Shown here in pieces: positions 45,463 to 49,976 of a stretch of 49,976 bases of DNA. Each line of letters starts with the position of its first letter. Position 1 is the first letter of the stretch. Below the pieces are notes generated by a model, which was given only the letters and a program-made list of their open reading frames with translations, had not been told where the DNA came from and ran no database searches. Source of the DNA: Candidatus Altiarchaeota archaeon (GTDB lineage Archaea; Altiarchaeota; Altiarchaeia; IMC4; QMZM01); NCBI GenBank assembly GCA_016931955.1, contig JAFGDV010000029.1, positions 1-49,976 on the forward strand. Reading direction: 5' to 3'. A program made the position numbers and the translations under genes.

Positions 45463-47919
45463 ATGGCAGATAAAAGCAAGGAATTCGTTTTATGGTTTGA
45501 TGACATCGGCATCGAAGATGTCCCGCTCGTGGGCGGGAAAAACGCCTCACTTGGCGAGATGATAAGGGAACTGAAGGAAAAGGATATAAATGTGCCAAAC
45601 GGCTTTGCGGTCACAGCCTACGCCTATAATTATCTATTAGAACATGCAGGCATAGGAGACGACATAAAAAAGATCCTCTCCGATCTGGACACACACGACG
45701 TGAACAACCTCAGACAGAGGGGTAAAAAGATAAGGGCGCTCATAGAGAACGCCGAATTCCCTGGAGAGCTTAAAGATGTTATAGCAAAGGCATATGGGGA
45801 AATGCACACAAAACTGGGTTATGAGAAAGACACAGACGTTGCAGTAAGAAGCAGCGCAACGGCTGAGGATCTGCCGGATGCGTCATTCGCCGGCCAACAG
45901 GAAACCTACCTGCACATTCAAGGGATAGACGCGCTCATAAACGCATGCAAGAAGTGCTTTGCTTCCCTTTTCACTGACAGGGCGATATCCTACAGAGTGG
46001 ATAAAGGCTTCGACCACTTTCAAGTCAGCCTGTCCATCGGAGTCCAGAAGATGGTTAGAAGCGACTCCGCCAGTGCTGGAGTGATGTTCTCCATAGACAC
46101 GGAAACAGGATTCAAGAACGCCGTCTTCATAACCGGATCATATGGTCTAGGGGAAAACGTCGTACAGGGCGCAGTCAATCCAGATGAATTCTACGTGTTC
46201 AAACCCACCCTAAGGGAAGGCAAGAGACCGATAATAGGGAAAAAGCTCGGATCAAAGAAGATGACGCTGGTATATACAAAGAACGGCACAGAAAACATTA
46301 AAACCTCGGAGGGGGAGAGAAGCAATTTCTGCATAAGCGACGACGAAGTCCTGCAGCTGGCTGAGTGGGCCTATGACATAGAAGACCACTACAGCAAGAA
46401 GGCAGGATACTTTAAGCCTATGGACATAGAGTGGGCGAAGGACGGCGACGGCAAAAAAGTCGGGACAGGGAGATTGTTCATAGTCCAGGCAAGACCGGAG
46501 ACCGTCCACTCAACAAAGGACGTCTCTGTGATGAAGAACTACATATTACAGGAGAGGGGTAAAATACTCGCTAAGGGACAAGCAGTCGGAGAAATGATAG
46601 GGCAAGGGGGAGCACACATAATCGAGTCGGCTGAGGAGATAAGCAGATTCAAGAAGGGGCAGGTGTTGGTCACCGATATGACCGACCCAGATTGGGAGCC
46701 CATCATGAAGATCGCCGCAGCCATCGTGACAAACCGCGGCGGTAGAACATGCCATGCAGCCATCGTTTCAAGAGAGCTCGGAATCCCATGTGTCATAGGC
46801 ACAGAGAACGCCACAAAGAACATAAAAACAGGCCAGAACGTCACCGTCTCCTGCGCTGAAGGCGAAACAGGGAACATCTACGACGGGCTTCTGAAGTTTG
46901 AGGTGAAACAGATCAACCTCAAGGAACTGCCTAAGACTAAGACAAAGATAATGATGAACGTTGGCATCCCAGACAAGGCCTTCGTCGAGGGACAGATACC
47001 TAATGACGGCGTCGGGCTTGCAAGGGAGGAATTCATCATAAACTCCTACATAGGGCTGCATCCCCTGGCTTTGGTGCACTACGAGGAACTGAAGAGGAAG
47101 GCAAAGAAGGATAAAGAAGTGGCAGGGGTCATAGAAAAGATAGACAAAAAAACTAATGGATACAAAAACAAGGTCGAGTTCTTCATAGACCAACTGGCGA
47201 GGGGGATAGGCAAGATCGCTGCAGGATTCTACCCTAATGACGTGATCGTAAGGCTGTCCGACTTCAAGAGCAATGAGTACGCTAACCTCGTCGGAGGATA
47301 CCTCTATGAGCCAGAGGAAAGCAATCCCATGATCGGCTGGAGAGGCGCCTCCAGGTACTACGACGAAGAATTCAAACCCGCTTTCGGCCTAGAATGCAAG
47401 GCCATACTGAAGGCAAGGAATGAATTCGGTTTAACGAACATAAAGGTCATGGTGCCGTTCTGCAGGACCGTTGAAGAAGGCAGACAAGTGATAGAGACCA
47501 TAAAGGAATTCGGTCTCGTTCAAGGAGAGAACGGACTTGAAGTCTACGTCATGTGCGAGATTCCATCGAATGTGATATTAGCAGACCAGTTCGCCGAAGT
47601 ATTTGACGGATTCTCCATAGGCTCTAACGATCTCACGCAGTTAACCCTTGGATTGGACAGAGACTCAGAACTGGTCTCACACATCTATAATGAAAGAAAT
47701 GAGGCGGTTAAAAGGCTTGTCGCGCAGGTGATCAAGACGGCCAAGGAAAAGAACAGAAAGATCGGCATATGCGGTCAGGCGCCATCCGACTATGAAGAAT
47801 TCGCTGAATTCCTGGTCGAATGCGGAATCGATTCAGTTTCACTTAACCCGGACACCGTCATAAAGACTAGGCTCAAGATCGCGGAAAAAGAGAAGGCACT
47901 CGGAGTCAAACCAGAATAA
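45463..47919 (+). CDS. ppsA: Phosphoenolpyruvate synthase
   Basis: VGGKNASLGE, RSSATAEDLP, GGRTCHAAIVSRE, SIGSNDLTQ. Confidence 0.97.
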   Translation: MADKSKEFVLWFDDIGIEDVPLVGGKNASLGEMIRELKEKDINVPNGFAVTAYAYNYLLEHAGIGDDIKKILSDLDTHDVNNLRQRGKKIRALIENAEFPGELKDVIAKAYGEMHTKLGYEKDTDVAVRSSATAEDLPDASFAGQQETYLHIQGIDALINACKKCFASLFTDRAISYRVDKGFDHFQVSLSIGVQKMVRSDSASAGVMFSIDTETGFKNAVFITGSYGLGENVVQGAVNPDEFYVFKPTLREGKRPIIGKKLGSKKMTLVYTKNGTENIKTSEGERSNFCISDDEVLQLAEWAYDIEDHYSKKAGYFKPMDIEWAKDGDGKKVGTGRLFIVQARPETVHSTKDVSVMKNYILQERGKILAKGQAVGEMIGQGGAHIIESAEEISRFKKGQVLVTDMTDPDWEPIMKIAAAIVTNRGGRTCHAAIVSRELGIPCVIGTENATKNIKTGQNVTVSCAEGETGNIYDGLLKFEVKQINLKELPKTKTKIMMNVGIPDKAFVEGQIPNDGVGLAREEFIINSYIGLHPLALVHYEELKRKAKKDKEVAGVIEKIDKKTNGYKNKVEFFIDQLARGIGKIAAGFYPNDVIVRLSDFKSNEYANLVGGYLYEPEESNPMIGWRGASRYYDEEFKPAFGLECKAILKARNEFGLTNIKVMVPFCRTVEEGRQVIETIKEFGLVQGENGLEVYVMCEIPSNVILADQFAEVFDGFSIGSNDLTQLTLGLDRDSELVSHIYNERNEAVKRLVAQVIKTAKEKNRKIGICGQAPSDYEEFAEFLVECGIDSVSLNPDTVIKTRLKIAEKEKALGVKPE

Positions 47920-47920
47920 G

Positions 47921-48607
47921 TCATCCGATGATTCCGGACGTTATTGCATCAGCTATACCTGAGATAATAAACTGGACTGAGATCGCGGCGAGCATCAGGC
48001 CCATTATCCTAGTCGCAACCTTGGTGCCTACACGACCAAGAACCTTATAGACTAAGTCAAGCCTCTTGAATATCTGATAGGAGACTAAGAACACTAGGAG
48101 GATATTTACCATAAGAGCCAGTTTGTTGATGGGGACTCCAGCCTCTTCAAACAGTATTATCCCCGTCGTTATCGCGCCCGGACCCGTCAAGAGAGGGACT
48201 GCCATCGGCATCACAGCTATGTCCTCCTTATCTGAATCAAGGACATCTGAGAAACCCATCCTCGTCCTCCTGCCGAATAGCATCTCGATAGAGATTATTA
48301 ACAGGACTATCCCACCAGCTATCTTGAACGAGAAGATTTCCACACCAAGGAAACGAAAGACCAGGTTGCCGATTAAGGTCATGACCAATAGGACCATGGC
48401 GGCTATCCTCACCGCCATCCTTACCATCGCCCTCTTGTCCTCATCTGTGTAGTTGGAGAGCAGGGACATGTAGATAGGAACTATGCCGATTGCGTCGACT
48501 ATGACGAACAACGCCACAAAGGATTTTATCGCGAACACCAGACTGAAGTCCCCAGAAAGGGGATCATGTAAGAGTTGCTCCACCATAGATAATAATTCTA
48601 CCAGCAA
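47921..48607 (-). CDS. MarC family membrane protein
   Basis: FKIAGG, VMPMAVPLLTGPGAI, TRIMGLMLAA. Confidence 0.92.
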   Translation of the reverse strand: MLVELLSMVEQLLHDPLSGDFSLVFAIKSFVALFVIVDAIGIVPIYMSLLSNYTDEDKRAMVRMAVRIAAMVLLVMTLIGNLVFRFLGVEIFSFKIAGGIVLLIISIEMLFGRRTRMGFSDVLDSDKEDIAVMPMAVPLLTGPGAITTGIILFEEAGVPINKLALMVNILLVFLVSYQIFKRLDLVYKVLGRVGTKVATRIMGLMLAAISVQFIISGIADAITSGIIG

Positions 48608-48616
48608 GTATAAAAT

Positions 48617-49822
48617 CTATTTCCTCAGGTAGTCCTTAACGATCTTCAGGGCACAGTATTTGCCGCACATCGTGCAAACTTCCTGGTTAACTAACTTGGA
48701 ATACTTTTCCCTTACGCATTCGTCGACGCCTAATTTGAACATCCTGTTCCAGTCCAGATTTATCCTGGCATGAGACATTTCATCGTCTCTTCCCATATCC
48801 CTTAACCTGACTATGTCGGCTGCGTGGGCCGCTATCTTTGACGCGATGACGCCGTTTCTGACGTCTTCCACGGTAGGCAGGCCCAGGTGCTCTGATGGCG
48901 TCACATAGCAGAGGAAGTCTGCCCCATAGATTGCAGCCAAAGCACCGCCTATGGCGCCAGAGATGTGGTCATAGCCCAACGCTATATCAGTGACCAATGG
49001 ACCAAGAACATAGAATGGGGCGTTATCACATATCCGCTTCTCCAGCATCATATTTGCTTCGATCTGGTCCAATGGAACATGCCCTGGGCCTTCAACGATG
49101 ACTGGAACCTTAGCCTTCCTAGCCCTCTTCGTCAACCTTCCTAAGTTTATTAACTCCTGCATCTGCGCTACATCAGAGGAATCGTGCAAGCATCCTGGAC
49201 GAAGAGCATCCCCGAGGCTTATCACAGCATTGTATCTGCTCACTATCTCAAGTATGCTGTCGAAGTATTCGTATAGGGGATTCTCTCTTCCGTTTTTGAT
49301 CATCCAGGCTGCGATAAAACTACCACCCCTGCTGGTTATGGGAATGATCCTGCCACCTAAGTCTTCAAGTATGCTTTTGGTTATCCCGCAATGGAGCGTC
49401 AGAAAATCAACCCCGTCCCTACAGTGTTTTTCGATGACTTCAAGTATGTGCTCTGAAGTCATATCAACCTTCTCCTCGATGAATGCCTGATATATTGGAA
49501 CCGTGCCTACGGGGACCTTAGTGTTCTTCAAGATCTCCCCCCTTATGGAGTCAAGGTCTCCGCCGACTGACAGATCCATTAAAGTGTCTGCGCCAGCGCG
49601 CACCGCAGCCCAGCTCTTCTCCAACTCCTTCCTCAAGTCAACGACGTCAGAGGAGGTGCCCACGTTAGCGTTCACCTTAACCCGGGTACCAGCCCCAATA
49701 ACTAACGGAGGAATATCCCTCTCAGAGTTCTTGACGACAACAACCGATCCACTGTCAACCCTCCGCCTGAGCTTCTCTTCTGAAATACCTTCCTTCCTTG
49801 CAATGTCTTCCAGAGCAGCCAT
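48617..49822 (-). CDS. thiC: Phosphomethylpyrimidine synthase
   Basis: KVNANVGTS, GTVPIYQ, SRGGS, EGPGHVP, EHLGLP, C-terminal CTMCGKYC. Confidence 0.96.
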   Translation of the reverse strand: MAALEDIARKEGISEEKLRRRVDSGSVVVVKNSERDIPPLVIGAGTRVKVNANVGTSSDVVDLRKELEKSWAAVRAGADTLMDLSVGGDLDSIRGEILKNTKVPVGTVPIYQAFIEEKVDMTSEHILEVIEKHCRDGVDFLTLHCGITKSILEDLGGRIIPITSRGGSFIAAWMIKNGRENPLYEYFDSILEIVSRYNAVISLGDALRPGCLHDSSDVAQMQELINLGRLTKRARKAKVPVIVEGPGHVPLDQIEANMMLEKRICDNAPFYVLGPLVTDIALGYDHISGAIGGALAAIYGADFLCYVTPSEHLGLPTVEDVRNGVIASKIAAHAADIVRLRDMGRDDEMSHARINLDWNRMFKLGVDECVREKYSKLVNQEVCTMCGKYCALKIVKDYLRK

Positions 49823-49849
49823 TTTTTTAATTAACGTTACCCTCCTCTA

Positions 49850-49916
49850 GAATTCGCCATCAGGCGAATTCCTTTTTCTTTCGCCAGCGTTTCTTTTTCC
49901 TAAAAAGAAAGGGCTA
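49850..49916. repeat. Double-hairpin element similar to 47-117
   Basis: GAATTCGCC-ATCA-GGCGAATTC, then TTTCTTTTT-CCT-AAAAAGAAA-GGGCTA. Confidence 0.7.
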
Positions 49917-49976
49917 TGCCCGCGCCGAGGCACCGCAAAATCGGTGCACGCTTTGTGCCATCTTCGCTATCGCTCG

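Noticed and set aside
49823-49916. TPP riboswitch upstream of thiC
   Set aside because: No CUGAGA or other TPP core motif; the hairpins match the tRNA-associated repeat instead

Overview
Archaeal chromosomal segment: archaeal-type r-proteins, aEF-2/aEF-1A, histone, Cdc6/Orc1 and NAC. The gene content would fit a DPANN-related lineage such as Altiarchaeota, but that assignment is inference. 1-16 kb: tRNA-Glu(TTC) among hairpin repeats and tRNA fragments, then a rearranged r-protein superoperon (L3 to S14 joined directly to S7-EF2-EF1A-S10) and a divergent L7Ae-S28e-L24e-ndk-S19e-PDCD5 unit. 16-27 kb: housekeeping genes (glmS, nac, thpR, KaiC-like ATPase, sepF, cdc6 with a candidate origin). 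27.7-41.4 kb: an accessory cell-surface region with a DUF4139 / VIT-vWA / membrane-tethered wHTH regulator operon, an AAA-DUF4143 ATPase, PIN toxins, Cys-rich lipoproteins and a YhfC intramembrane protease. It carries three copies of a conserved TTCGG-N6-CCGAA promoter element. 41.4-50 kb: glycosyl- and acyltransferases, a zinc-finger microprotein, argC, histone, ppsA, marC and thiC. The best candidates for new biology are a putative membrane-sensing envelope regulon and a tRNA-associated hairpin repeat family seen at both ends of the window.
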